Positions 12,311 to 25,228 of a DNA stretch of 64,000 bases are shown here, in pieces; the stretch's first letter is position 1; each line of letters opens with the position of its first letter. The notes below the pieces were generated by a model that did no database searches, was not told the origin of the DNA, and was given only the letters and a program-made list of their open reading frames with translations. The DNA is from Eledone cirrhosa (taxonomy: Eukaryota), in contig OZ024741.1 of the NCBI GenBank assembly GCA_964016885.1, positions 285,944,001 to 286,008,000 on the forward strand, read 5' to 3'. The position numbers were made by a program, and so were the translations under genes.

Positions 12311-13628
12311 ATTATTTTATCGTTATCATCATTATCACTATTTCTCATCTTGTCTTATTTCGTGTTATAATCCATGTTTTATTTTCCTCAATGTCTTACT
12401 ATTTATCTTTACTATTCATGTTTCTTTGATTTACTACTTTGATGCTACGATTCTATCGATCGATCTGATACATTACAAATTCATGCACCTCTCATGCAGT
12501 CTAGCAGTCTAACGGATACACTAATGTTTACAACGCATGTATTTCCAGACGTCGAGCTCAAGAGGATACCAAAATGAGACACACGGAAACCGCTCTCACA
12601 TTACTATCAATATTATCGTGACCACTACTGCTACTATTGCGACGCAGCACCAACACAAAGAACCCTCCTCCGTGACCACTATGGTACATATAGACGGCAT
12701 GAAAGCACATGCTTTCGTCATAGTTGTCTCACTTGGTCGTGGTGTCGCTGTTGTAATTGTTGTTGTCGATTTGGCAGTAGCAGTGGCCGTTACTTTGTTA
12801 TTTTTTATATTATTAATATTACTGTTTTTATTTTCATTCATATTATTTTATTTTCCATATTTTATTTTCCATATTTTATTTCTGTTTCTTTTATCTTCTA
12901 CCTTTGACCTTGTATATTTTCTCGTCGTTGAAGTTAAATTTATAGGATAATTCACGTTTATGTAAATTTGATATCCGTAACAAAAGGGATGAGACAACTC
13001 ACCAGTTAGTTGTGCTCTACGTAGTCGATTGAGTTCTTTTCCCATAAATTGTGTATATTGCTCTAGCTTTCTCCGCTTCATAAATACATTCTCTCTCCTA
13101 TCAATTTTAACAGGCCTACGCTCCTTGTGAACTACTACTCATAATGGGTAGTGTCCATCCATTCACAAAATATACTTCTCTACCTGTCTCCGCTACCACT
13201 AGTTGCTACATTCAGGTTCATTTACCACCAATTCAACTTGTACACCTATGTATTGTACGCATACATCTATATTTGTATATTTGAATATTTGTTTAAATGT
13301 ACGTGTAAATTATCAACTATATTTGATCATAGATATATCGATGATATATCTGAGTAATTACATTATTTACTATATAAACACGACCTTATTCACTGGACTT
13401 CAATTTCTTGATGACATGCAAAATTTAAAGACGCAGTGCGTGATAGTGGATTAAAAATCAGATGATTGAAAATTAATTCAGGTTGCATAGTTGAATGCAT
13501 AACTGTATTGAAACACGTGTCAGAGAGCCTATTGTAAAAGGAATGTTCCATTCAACTTCAACAAATGTTGCCTAATGTTTTCCTCATATATATCTATATA
13601 TATCTATATACATGTGTGTGTTTGATTG

Positions 13629-13659
<31 letters not shown>

Positions 13660-15757
13660 TTGTGTGTGTGTATATATCCTTATATTTTTGATATCTTAAA
13701 GATTTTCATTACAAATTGATATTTGTCTGTTTATTCATTTGGTGTTTCTTTTCATTAGAATCGGTGTTTCGTTTCATCGTAGATTTCTTTCGAGTGTTTA
13801 TTTGTTTATTTAATGTATATATTTATTTATATATTTAAACGCATAGAGTCAACACAAACATATTCTTAATCAGCAAATCATATCTCGCTGTCCTTTTAAT
13901 AAGAAAACACTAGAAAATAATCCTCCAAGAGCTAATAACAATATCAATAAAAACAACTATCAAATATGCAGACCAAGCCAAGTCTAAAAATGCCAGCAGC
14001 AATGACTACAAGAATTTAAAAAAATAAAAACAAATTACAAACATTGTAGTTTTCATTAGAGGTAACAACAACAGCATCGAAAACAATACATTTTATTTTG
14101 TTTAAATATCTACCAATAATACAGAACTACAAAACAATATTAGATGAAGCAAGTTCGGCAAAAATAGAACTAAGAACCAATATTAGGATAATAATATAAT
14201 CAATAAGAAAAACAAGGGAAATAATCCCAGTTGTAGTAGTAGCAATAAACAATAACATGCAAGACCTGAAACATAAAACAGAAAATAATAACAACAATAC
14301 TAAACAAAGTGAACTACAAAAACGAATCACACACTATACGGGCATGAGCTTACCAAATAACATCAAAAGACCACTTCCTCCACCAAATATTAATAATATA
14401 CATAAAATGTCTTACATTGGCAGAGGGCCATCACAGTTGAAATTAGATGTATTGTTGAGTGAAGTCTTCCAACAACTCTGCCTACAGTAGATTTGGACTC
14501 AAAACCTATATTTCAGAAATGAGACCAGTTTTTATCTATTCCGTTCATTCAAATGTTTCAATAGTTTTATCGACGTGGAATGGATGGAATATACACTGAT
14601 ATCATTTAGTTCGATGTTACTATATTGCCCTATTTGCACAGCACCTCTTATACCTATTATCCTAGCGTGTATATGTTAATCTCAAGAATTTAGGCGCGAG
14701 TTAATCAAAGATATTCTTCCTTTATTTGAATGAGGTCATTTAAATATATGATATAGAAATTCGTACGTATCTTATAAAAACTTTGTGGAGAAACGTCATT
14801 GCTGGTATCAGCAAGAGGTAGAGCGTTCTAGTGATTTTATAACCTAAGAAATGTATGTCGTCCGAGAGGATCAGATCGAATTGGAGGGGGTGAATAAATG
14901 TAATAGGCATGTTATCCTGCCACGTATTTGGAACAAGGAATGTATGATTTCCATATTGTTACGTAGAAAAGAAAAGGGAACAAATGCTTCGCCTGCTCAT
15001 CGTAGAGACAGAAAAATACCCAAATAGTCAGATTAAATGATACATGTTCTCCTGAAAAGTGAGTGACACATTGACTATTGCAGGCTTATGTATACATCTT
15101 TTGAGAGAGAAAAATTGTCACAGTTGGAACCTTTTTGTACATAAATCTTTTCATGACATCTTATTCATATAATTTTTTGTTTACGTACTAGTTGTCTGAT
15201 TAGGTATTAACTCTTACATAAGATTTATCATCGAAATACGTATAACACCAATTCTGTAACATATAAATGCGAACAACTCTAGCCTACTGATTTCTACTTC
15301 GTTGCCATACGAATAATTTGAGGTAGACCGACCTACATGTATATTTCATCGAGTACTCTATCCTGCGTATTCTAGCCTCGGATTATGTATATATATATAC
15401 TTTTTTTTAAATTTATTTATTTATGTATTTATATATACATATATGTATTTAAAAAATAGTAAAACAGGAAAAGAAAAACAGTAGAAAATGCTAAAGGGAT
15501 TTTCTCTGAGAATAATATCAAAACATGTATTTACAAAATAGGGATTTCCGCATTTAATTTTACCGGTTTCAGCTTTATATGCTTTTTCAACGACGGAAAT
15601 ATATAATGCAGTTAAATTGCATATTAATAAGAATAATAAAAATATGGACAAAAAAAATCTGTTTTTACATACATACTTAGGTAGAAAAGCTCACATTTTT
15701 GTCTGTAGTTTTCTTTCTTACTCTCTTTGTGTTGGCCTTAGCCTTACTAACACACAC

Positions 15758-15834
<77 letters not shown>

Positions 15835-15854
15835 AACACATACACACACACACG

Positions 15855-15899
<45 letters not shown>

Positions 15900-16184
15900 T
15901 ACGAACTGGCGCTATTCAAAATTGTTCCCGAGATGAGAGTAAATGAAGTGGAATCAATCTTTCAAGTGCCGTGTGTAAAGATAGAGGCAGAGGCAGGGAG
16001 GTCAGTCGGCTCCCGCTATAACTAGCAGCAGTCAGAACCACCAAATTTTTTTCTCAACCAAGAGGAGTAAAGTAATAATAGAGTATATGTTCCTACACGC
16101 TCAAGGCGCTAAGGGACACATGTATTGTCCAACCATATGCCAATGTGGTTCAATGGCAGGTTAATAAATTAACGAGCCAGAACA

Positions 16185-16445
16185 TATATAATCAAGGTTT
16201 AGCAAATAAGAAAAAGTTTCAAAATAAATTTTAAAAAATTAACTTTACTTACTATGGGAATTTTATATTCTCCGAGTGAAAAGATCCTTCTGACGAGAGT
16301 TTTTCTTTGCAACGGGTGCCGTATGAACTCCGTTTATTTTTGAGACTCGAAACCGATTCGGTAAAGGTAACTATAGTAAGTAAAGTTAATTTTTAAAAAT
16401 TTATTTTGAAACTTTTTCTTATTTTCTAAACCTTGATTATATATA
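16185..16445 (+). mobile_element. Short hammerhead element with an inverted copy of its 3' tail at the 5' end
   Basis: 16185-16254 is the reverse complement of 16373-16445. Ribozyme lies between the arms. Confidence 0.8.
16286..16367 (+). ncRNA. Type I hammerhead ribozyme, canonical core
   Basis: cctt CTGACGA gagttt...agactc GAAA ccgattcg GTA aagg. All three stems pair. Confidence 0.85.
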
Positions 16446-16506
16446 TACATATATATATTTACAGAGAGAGACAGATAGATTTGATTGCGCAGATCACAAA
16501 CTACAT

Positions 16507-16571
<65 letters not shown>

Positions 16572-16595
16572 TTGTAAAGCAATTCCCCGAGCATG

Positions 16596-16665
16596 GGAGA
16601 CAGACGTTTCGTGCTTAAGGACATATATCATACTGACTTGATATGTAATCTGCATTATCAACTCC
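16596..16665 (-). ncRNA. Degenerate hammerhead-like motif (U3/A8 core)
   Basis: Minus strand: ggag TTGATAA tgc...acatatca/tgatatatgt...gcac GAAAC GTC tgtctcc. Stem I register is imperfect. Confidence 0.45.
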
Positions 16666-16741
16666 TGGCACCCTAGTCTTCAAAGCGATAATAATGAAAA
16701 TAATAAAAATAATCGATTTATCTATCTAATTATCTCTCTCT

Positions 16742-16781
<40 letters not shown>

Positions 16782-17844
16782 GTATATATATATATATATA
16801 TATATTGTATGTGTTTTTGTTTGTGTATACAGATATATTAAAATATTTTAATATATGTGTGTGTGTGTGTGTGTTTGTAGGCTTTCACAAAAAAACATAA
16901 CTTTGGACAAGTACGCACATGCCAACATAGAACGTACAAAAGCTAAGTGGACTAGTCTTGGGAGCATATTGATACCTGATGTATGAAGTCGTTGCCAGTT
17001 TGTTTTCTCATACAATAATATATTTATTTATTCCCATATCCATGCCAAGGTTTCAAATTCTGGCAAACAACATGTATTGTTTCATTTTATTTTATTTTTC
17101 TTAGTTAACTTGAAACATATTTTGATATCGGCCAATCTATATCATGTAAAAAAAAGAAGTATTTTTCATTCCTATTATAAAGAAAAGAAAAACATAGTTG
17201 GCAAACATTCTATATAAAATTACAGTGTTTGCAGTTGTTTCTCTTACTGGTTTTGTCGAGGGATATTGCATTCTGTTGTCATTGATATTGTTGCTGCTTA
17301 TTCTCAGGACTCTAGTAGCGTACCGTGTTGTTTGGGGATATTATAACTTGTGGAGCCTACCTCTTCACACTCGTTTTCTTTCAGAGAAGAAAGGGAGAAT
17401 GCTATAGATGAAGTAAGAGGAGATATAGAGGGAAAATCAACCGGTTCTTTCATCGAAAGCATGAAATGGTATTTGAATGAAGAGCGCAGAATATCGGATC
17501 GAATACTGCAAAGCACTTCATCCAACGTTCTAACGAATTTGCCAATTCCACACCTATTAATTCTTGGAGTTGAGGGAATTTCGGCTGTTTTCTCACTGGC
17601 TCCTGTGCTTTGTTTATGTGAGAACATTGAGGATGTAATTATCTTCGTTATGTAGTTCTTGTTGTTGTTATTAGTATCGTTACATATCGAGTGTTCCTTT
17701 TATTCATTTGTGCTTTCACAACCCATACATTAACTACAAAAAAGCTGCATGTTGAGGATTCTAACGGAAAAGCATTGACAGAGACGCCTGTGAGAATCGG
17801 AACTTATTGCTGTTGTTTTTCTTATTTTCCGTAGCGCATTGGAT

Positions 17845-18020
17845 TAGCAGAGAGGCGGTCAAATGCTTAGCAGCATTTGATCCAGCTCTTAAATCCGGCT
17901 GGGGTAAACTTTGCCTATCATCAACGGGAGATTAATAAAATAAAGTACCAGTCATGTACCAGTTGATATTATCAGCATGCTTTTCCCCAAAGAATTCCTG
18001 GCCTCGTGTCAAACATAAAA
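17845..18020 (+). mobile_element. Diverged SINE family A copy
   Basis: aactttgcctatcatc...ataaaataaagtaccagt. Confidence 0.6.
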
Positions 18021-19939
18021 ATCCTTATTCTTATTATTGTTACTGTTGGTGGCGGCAGTTTTATTCCTGTTGCTCTTATTTATGGTTTTATTACTTAATC
18101 TACTTGCTCATTGTATTTTTTACTTGTTGATTTTTCTCCGCCGTTGTGTATCTTTGCTTGTTGCTGTTGCTGTTGTTGTTGTTGCTGTTGTTGTTGCGAT
18201 TGCTGTTGTTGTTATCAGTGTTTGTGTTTATATTAGTATTTTGCTTTGATATCTTAAATGCTATCATTGTTGTTTTTGTTATTGATGTTTAATGCTGTTT
18301 TATTTAGTTGTTGTTGCCGTTGCAGTTTCTATTTTCGTTGCTCCACATATATTATATTGTTACCATTAGACATTCTGTTGTTGTTTTTGTTATTGCTATT
18401 ATTGCAGTGACTATTGCTGTTTCTCTTATTATCATTACAACAGCAATTATTTTTTACTTCATTGGTTGGTTATATTGTTGTTGTTTCTGCTGCTTTTACT
18501 CTTGTTTCTGATATTGTTGTTGTTGTTATTGTTGCTGGTAGTGCAGTAACTTTTGCCAAAGTTTATTTCTGATGCTGTTGTTATTGCAGTCCTATTACCA
18601 TTACTATTCCACACATTGCCTTTGATGTCTCCACCACTGTTTCTGCTCTTTTAACAGTCCTTACTGCTTTAGATATTTTTGTTCTTATTGTAGTTCTCTT
18701 TTTGATTTTATTTATATTTATTCTCCTTTGCCTAATATTATTATACTTCTGTTTAGCTAATGTTGTTATGGTTAGTGTTGTTAATGCTGTTGCCATTGCT
18801 TTTATTGTTGCTTTCGTTACATGAAATATGCAATCAAAAATCATTCCGATTGGAGGATATAGTCCTTCAATGGATGCCGACATTTTTGATGGTTAAGAAG
18901 ACTGCTTCAAAATTATAAGATCTAGGGTGTAAACACAGTGTTTGGCATGTTGGGCAAGTATCTCTACCATAGTTTTCGGTTTATCCAAGATATATCAGTA
19001 CAACTAAGTAGACGGGAACCGTATGAAGCTCGTCACCAACAATTTTCCTCTAACTCAAATATTCCGCATTGCCACATATAATGGCATGGAAAATAGGTTA
19101 AGCGTAAGCCTGTGTGTGGAATTCTCAGTGACGTACATGATAATTCATATGTTAATTTTTATCGTCGAATTCGATGGAGGATCCATTACTTTCTTTCAAT
19201 ATTGTTTTCTCTTCGTTATTGCTAAACGCAATCTAAGTACCCCCACAGGCTGAAACGATATTAGTTGCGATACCAGCTTGACACACTTCGACTTTAACCT
19301 GTTCCTCTCACAATATCGACGTTTATGTGGTGGCGTAACATCTTCTCTTGATTTGAGTATTTACTTTTATTATCTAAATAGGCGTAGCTCTATAGTTAAG
19401 AAGTTTGTATCGACGTGTTTCAAGATACGATACTAGTGCTTGTTATCACAGACAGCGTTTACCACCACAGCCTCACTTCTTTCGAAATGTATGCTTCTTT
19501 TGAAACTGACAAATGTTTTAAAAATTGGACAAGTTTGAATCGTTAAAATATCTGTTATAATTCATACATTAACAATAAAATGGTGAAATGTCGAGAAATT
19601 AAACTTATAAACGGAAAAATGTGGATCGATACGCCTACAGTAATCGAATCTTTTCGGTTTATTTAATGATTAAACTTTTAATTACACGGTGAGAAATTGA
19701 CCAGGTTACTAGGTCTCTTTAATGCAATAGCTATCGCAGTATCCGGTATATTGTAGATGCGCTGTTCCATTCCCGCAGTCGTCTCTATCTCCAAGGGTAA
19801 GTTACCCAACATTCGACTATCTTCTAGCCAATGTGAGAATTGTGGCATCTTTGAATAACGTATCTTTTTCATCAAATAAGCACCAGCCATAAACATGTGT
19901 ACACTAATAATATAAAATTATAACCGTGAGCCAGTATAA

Positions 19940-20610
19940 TGGTTCCTGATATAGACACAACGCCAACAATTGCGGGTTAGAGGAAAAGCGATTAAATCGA
20001 CCTCAGTGGTACTTTATTTTATCAACCCCGTTACAAAGAAATGCAAAGCTAACCTCAGCGGGATTTGAATACAGAACGTAAAAGGACGTAGTTATATGCC
20101 ATGAAGCATGTTGTCCGACGCTCTGCCGAGACTCCCAATCCGCCGCACTCATTTTATTATATTGTACCAATATAATGGTTTCTTATAATGGTTCCTTACA
20201 AGGCCAGCAATGTTGGGGGTCGGGAAAGTCGATTAAATCGAGCTCAGTGCGTGACTGGTACTTTATTTTATCGACCCCGTAAGGATGAAAGGCAAAGTTA
20301 ACCTCGGCAGAATTTGAACTCAGATCATAAAGGGCCGTAGCTCAATGCTGCTAGGCATGGCGTCCGACACTCTCCCGATACTGCCAATCCACCGCTCTTA
20401 AAATGATTTCTGATTTAGGCACAAGGCCAACAATTTTGTGGGAAGGGGAAAGTCGATTAAATCAAACCCAGTGCGTTAATGGTGCTTTATTTATCGACCC
20501 CGTAAGGATTAAAGGCAAAGCTAACTTCGGCGGGATTTGAACTAAGAACGTAAGGGACCGTCACTCTATGCTGCGAAGCATGGTGTCCGGCGCTCTACCG
20601 ATGCTGCCAT
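19940..20610 (-). mobile_element. Three head-to-tail SINE family A copies
   Basis: Three repeats of the reverse complement of the 2985-3170 unit. Confidence 0.85.
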
Positions 20611-21015
20611 AGTGCCAATATAATGAAATCTATACATCTTTGCCGATCTATACCATTATATATTAGTGTTGTAATTTTAGACCTTTTGAACTCTAGCAAA
20701 AAAATAACAGAATATTACATAATGCTGATGTGTAAAATACATGCAACCTGCTATGAATATGACATATGATAATTTGAGTGATAATTCTGGAAAAGCGAAA
20801 GTAGATTTTAGTTTCAATGTAAGAACAAATGGTATGAATATGTGGTATATCTTTTAATCTAACGAAAATTACAATAATGTTACTAGTTAAACGATTGTAA
20901 TGTTTCGTGTATTCGACAATTAAAAACCAAAAGCACGTGTAAAAATACAAAATTTACACTAATCATAAGGGAGAGGGTGAATATATAGATATATAGATAC
21001 ATTCATAAATGTATT

Positions 21016-21069
<54 letters not shown>

Positions 21070-21070
<1 letters not shown>

Positions 21071-21235
21071 GTCCCAAGGCTCTGATACCATCAACACTAT
21101 AAACACAGAGCTGGCATATCTAAGAACTGACTAACTGCCTGATGAGGTCATAGCCATTCAATGGCTCTCATCGAAATATATATAGCAGTAAATAAAGGAT
21201 TATGAGTTCATGCAATTGACTTATGTTTCGTCACT
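21070..21235 (+). mobile_element. ~165-bp (TA)n-embedded hammerhead element
   Basis: Bounded by TA tracts, with hammerhead, AATAAA (21191) and ~40-nt tail. Confidence 0.85.
21134..21189 (+). ncRNA. Type I hammerhead ribozyme, canonical core
   Basis: actgc CTGATGA ggt cat agccatt c aatggct ctc atc GAAA tatat ATA gcagt. Stem III is the palindrome ATATATAT. Confidence 0.88.
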
Positions 21236-21250
21236 ATATATATATATATA

Positions 21251-21333
<83 letters not shown>

Positions 21334-21444
21334 AAAATGCCGATTTGTTATGTCTTCATTACGTTTACTGAGTAGTGATGCTCTATCAATTTAGCCCGAC
21401 TCTGGAATCAAACGCTCGTCGGACCTCTGTTGTGGTAATATATA

Positions 21445-21563
21445 TATAGTTGTCTCTACATTAGGCACAAGGCCAGCAATTACCCAGTGCATTACTGGTA
21501 CGTTATTTTATCGACCCCGTAAGGATGAAAGGCAAAGTCAACCTCGGCGGGATTTGAACTCAG
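21445..21563 (-). mobile_element. Partial SINE family A copy
   Basis: Homology to 3055-3170. Confidence 0.8.
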
Positions 21564-21674
21564 GTAATATATATATAGTATTAATAAATTTGAAGACTAA
21601 AATCCGAACAGGAATCGATAAGAGATCCTGTTAAGGGTGAAACAGCGATTCTTTGCTTAAAATTTAATCTGTTC

Positions 21675-21713
<39 letters not shown>

Positions 21714-21971
21714 TTATATTTATAAGAATAGATTATATAAATATATATATATAATGTAGTGTAGCAAATACGAAGTTATGTGAGATGTGTAATAAATGAC
21801 TAACACTTTCAAAGGGCCGGGAGAATGCGATAGAATAATATAAAGGGCAAAGAATGACACAAAACATAAAGTAATATTTTACCCAATATAATATCATAAT
21901 TATTGCACCGGATCTTTGAAAGTCATCTTCCATTTATTACATATCTCACAATGCTTGTATTAACTATATTA

Positions 21972-22049
<78 letters not shown>

Positions 22050-22799
22050 TGTGAGTATGTGTGTCTGTGTGTGTGTTTATGCAGGTTTATGTATGAATGT
22101 AAATAACCATTGGTTATCCTACTAACAAATAAAATATTTTGAACTTCGTTTTTTAGTGCAGACAATTAGAATTTTACTCATGATTGTTTTCATATTTCGT
22201 CCTGATATGTCCTTTAAAAACTAAGTCTTGTTATTGTTTTCGAAGAACGTCACGGAATTATTACATTAATCATATTTTATTTCATCTTTTTCAATTTTTA
22301 TCCGACCCTTTTTTTTTCTCTTTCACTTTTCTTTGGCGTGGTGTTATTTGCGATAGTAAAACTGTCTTTATTCTTAGAAATATTTTACATCGTATAAGCA
22401 GTTGGAATAAGTATTTTAAAATTATTTTTATTAATGCAGTCAATTCAAATTTCATTTATTCTATTTATCTTGTTTGTTTAAACTGCTTATTTAGTGCAAA
22501 GATATTTCTAAGAAACAGAATATTTTTACTGTGACAAACAACACCAAGTTTGGTTTCGCCTGTAGCAGGGAAGTCGCATTTGCAGTAGACCAAGGGAAAG
22601 AGGGGGAAAAGAGAGAAAGAAATGAGGAAAGGATAAACAACAGACACGTTATAATTTTCTGTGGCTCTAAACTATATCATTCCTTATGAATATTTTATGG
22701 AAAAATATCATGAAATAAGTAGTAATAGCAATTGTCAGTGAATTTGAATAAATATATTATTCCCCATATAAATATACATGTACATATATATATATATTG

Positions 22800-22940
22800 T
22801 TTCATTCGTGAGAAATCATCAGGAAACTTATGATTTCTCACGAATGAAAGAGTTCTAGTCCAGTAGAAGCTTTTCTATATTAAAACTTTTATACTCTGCT
22901 ATGTATTGAGTACCTTACTTACTGATTCAACCCGTAATAA
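22800..22940 (+). mobile_element. Fold-back hammerhead fragment (same family as 59545-59725)
   Basis: Hairpin ttcattcgtgagaaatcat/atgatttctcacgaatgaa. Combining both strands gives gtttc CTGATGA tttc..gaat GAAA ...TA gaagc. Confidence 0.55.
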
Positions 22941-23298
22941 CTTATATATATATATATAAATAAATATTTCGTATCTCCAAAGAAATTCGTCAGTACGGTC
23001 CCTCCCACCGTTTGCGACTGCTGGACAATATATACTTTTCTCGTCTGTGTAAATGAGGTGATTAATCTCATTTGCATATGAAGCTTCATAAGTTGGCTCA
23101 ACTTATAATAAAAAAGAAATACGATTTCGCTTCAAGCATAGCTTTATACAATATGTATAAATATTTCGTATCTCGAAAGAAATACAGTTTTAGTATGCCG
23201 TAGCTATGCAAAGACCGTGGGGCTAACGCCCTCTGGTGATGTCCAGTAGCAAGGGGGACAACCGTCTGTGCATTTCAGGCTAACTTATGCAGCTTCAT

Positions 23299-23347
23299 AT
23301 GCAAATGAGATTAATCACCTCGTTTACACAGACGAGAAAAGTATATA
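23299..23347 (+). promoter_or_regulatory. Octamer ATGCAAAT plus TATA-like box upstream of a hammerhead
   Basis: ATGCAAAT at 23299-23306, 35 nt, then TATATA at 23342. Same layout at 35961-36008. Confidence 0.4.
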
Positions 23348-23391
23348 TTCTCGCCTGTCTTCTAGTCCAGCAGTCGCAAGCTGTGGGAGGG

Positions 23392-23435
23392 ACCGTCCTG
23401 ACGAAGGCCAGTTAAGCCTGAAATGCATAAACGGT
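23392..23435 (+). ncRNA. Minimal type I hammerhead ribozyme
   Basis: accgtc CTGACGA aggc cagttaa gcct GAAA tgc ATA aacggt. The inverted copy has gacggt. Palindromic ATGCAT stem III. Confidence 0.8.
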
Positions 23436-23586
23436 TGTCCCCCTTGATTCTGCAGGACATCACCAGAGGGCGCTAGCCCCCCCCCCCCCCCCCGGTGTTT
23501 GCATAGCTACGGCTTCCTAAAACTGTATTACTTTGGAGATACGAAATATTTATACATGTTGTATAAAGCTATGCTTGAAACGAAAT

Positions 23587-23650
<64 letters not shown>

Positions 23651-23714
23651 TATATATATATATGTATATTTATGCGTATATATAGATATGTATATATATA
23701 CATTTATATATATG

Positions 23715-23766
<52 letters not shown>

Positions 23767-23770
<4 letters not shown>

Positions 23771-23910
23771 TGTAATAAACAACACAAGATAATTATTTCA
23801 TTTACCAGTGGTTTCTTGAAAGCAGATGTTAGATCTGTTTTCAGTCGTCAAAATGAATAAAAAACATGGTGTTTTTATTAAATATGGATTTGAAAACAAA
23901 AATTTAAGAA
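23767..23910 (-). mobile_element. Hammerhead element (motif 23797-23857, C3U); second copy at 35665-35805
   Basis: Minus strand: ttcatt TTGACGA c tgaaaacagat ctaac atctgctttca a GAAA ccactg GTA aatgaa. Confidence 0.75.
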
Positions 23911-24297
23911 ATATAAAAGTGAAACTGAGAAAAAAACGGGCGAGGAAGAAGAGGGGCAAATGAAAATATATATATATATATATAAACAATAAATATCCAG
24001 AACATAAACATGCACCCACTCAACCACGCGCATATACTTAAAAAGTACGTAGACATATACATTTTTCACATAAGTATATATGCGACTACAGACATGGACA
24101 TAGATACATACACATACATTTACATGAAGTAATAAGAATAAATAAATAAATGAATAAGAACAAAAATACAGAGTTAAAAACGAATTAAAGACTTAAGGAT
24201 ACGTGTTGACAACGATAAGTAAGAGGGGGGGAATAAGAACAACTAAAAGAAAAAACAAATACGCGAGATGTACATATACATAAATATATATATATAT

Positions 24298-25055
24298 ATT
24301 TATTATTAAGATGTATAAACTTGACATAACTATTACAATCTTATATTCTCTCAACTAATCACATTTGATCATATTTCTCTATCACGTTTTCTCCCCCCAT
24401 AATTATAATATTTTTATTTTTATTTGAAAAAATCGGTTTTTTTACATTGTGTTTTCCCCTCCAAATATTTGCTTATATTTCTTTATATATTCTCTATATA
24501 TTTTTTTACATATATATTTTTTTATCTTTATTATTTCCACTTTTATCCTCCTTTATATTTTACCTTATTCTTACTTTTATACCTTATTATAGTGTAATCT
24601 TCCCCATGCCTTATTATACACTATTAATTATAGATTATTATTATTACTCTTTTTCCATTTCTAATTACCTCATGTACTATCTCCTCCGTTATATATATAT
24701 ATATTGTATGCCCTTTGTGTTTGTGTAGCCTCTGCACACCCTCTGCACCATACTATCGACGCCACCCCATCTATGGTTCAGCTAACCACTCGACTCCCGG
24801 GAATGAATATGACCGCAGCTAGTAAACAAGGACACACACCCCACCCTCCCGCACCAAAATTAGACTTATCGTCCCCTACTTTTGCTCTTTACTCTCTTTA
24901 CTCTTTGTTCTTGAATGTTTGGTTGGTAGAGTCCATAACACCAATCATACCCCTTTTATAGCTCTGACGAATCCTTCGGTTACGTAAGGAAGAAACATTG
25001 TAAGCCAATAAAAATCTTTTGATGTTGTAGACGCCCTTGTGTTCTTTATCATATA
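24298..25055 (+). repeat. 5' pseudo-LTR of the PLE
   Basis: Near-identical to 29365-30108, with a few substitutions and a small indel near 24480. Confidence 0.9.
24955..25012 (+). ncRNA. Minimal hammerhead ribozyme in the 5' pseudo-LTR
   Basis: gct CTGACGA a tcctt cggttacgt aagga a GAAAC att GTA agc c AATAAA. Confidence 0.85.
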
Positions 25056-25228
25056 TACGGCTCTGCTCCAAAGCATAGAGCCAATTATTATGCTGCCAAT
25101 ACCTTAATGGAACACGGGTATACAATACCTAACTCCTATTAACCTAAGTATTTCTACGGCTCCCCCCGGTTGAGCTAAATCCTTATAACCTGTCCACCTT
25201 GTGTGTATGATTATAATTGATTGGCAGC

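Larger units (their letters stand above)
22958..23590 (+). mobile_element. Rearranged hammerhead element with two inverted partial copies
   Basis: 23283-23588 is forward. 23120-23285 mirrors 23410-23588 and 22988-23095 mirrors 23283-23405. Confidence 0.8.

Noticed and set aside
13003-13135. Possible minus-strand host exon (…MKRRKLEQYTQFMGKELNRLRRAQLT) ending at a CTG|GTGAGT donor
   Set aside because: No recognisable homology, no clear acceptor, and an in-frame stop shortly upstream. Needs RNA-seq.
17304-19896. Non-repetitive minus-strand ORFs 17304-17627 and 19678-19896
   Set aside because: No recognisable domain or supported splice structure.
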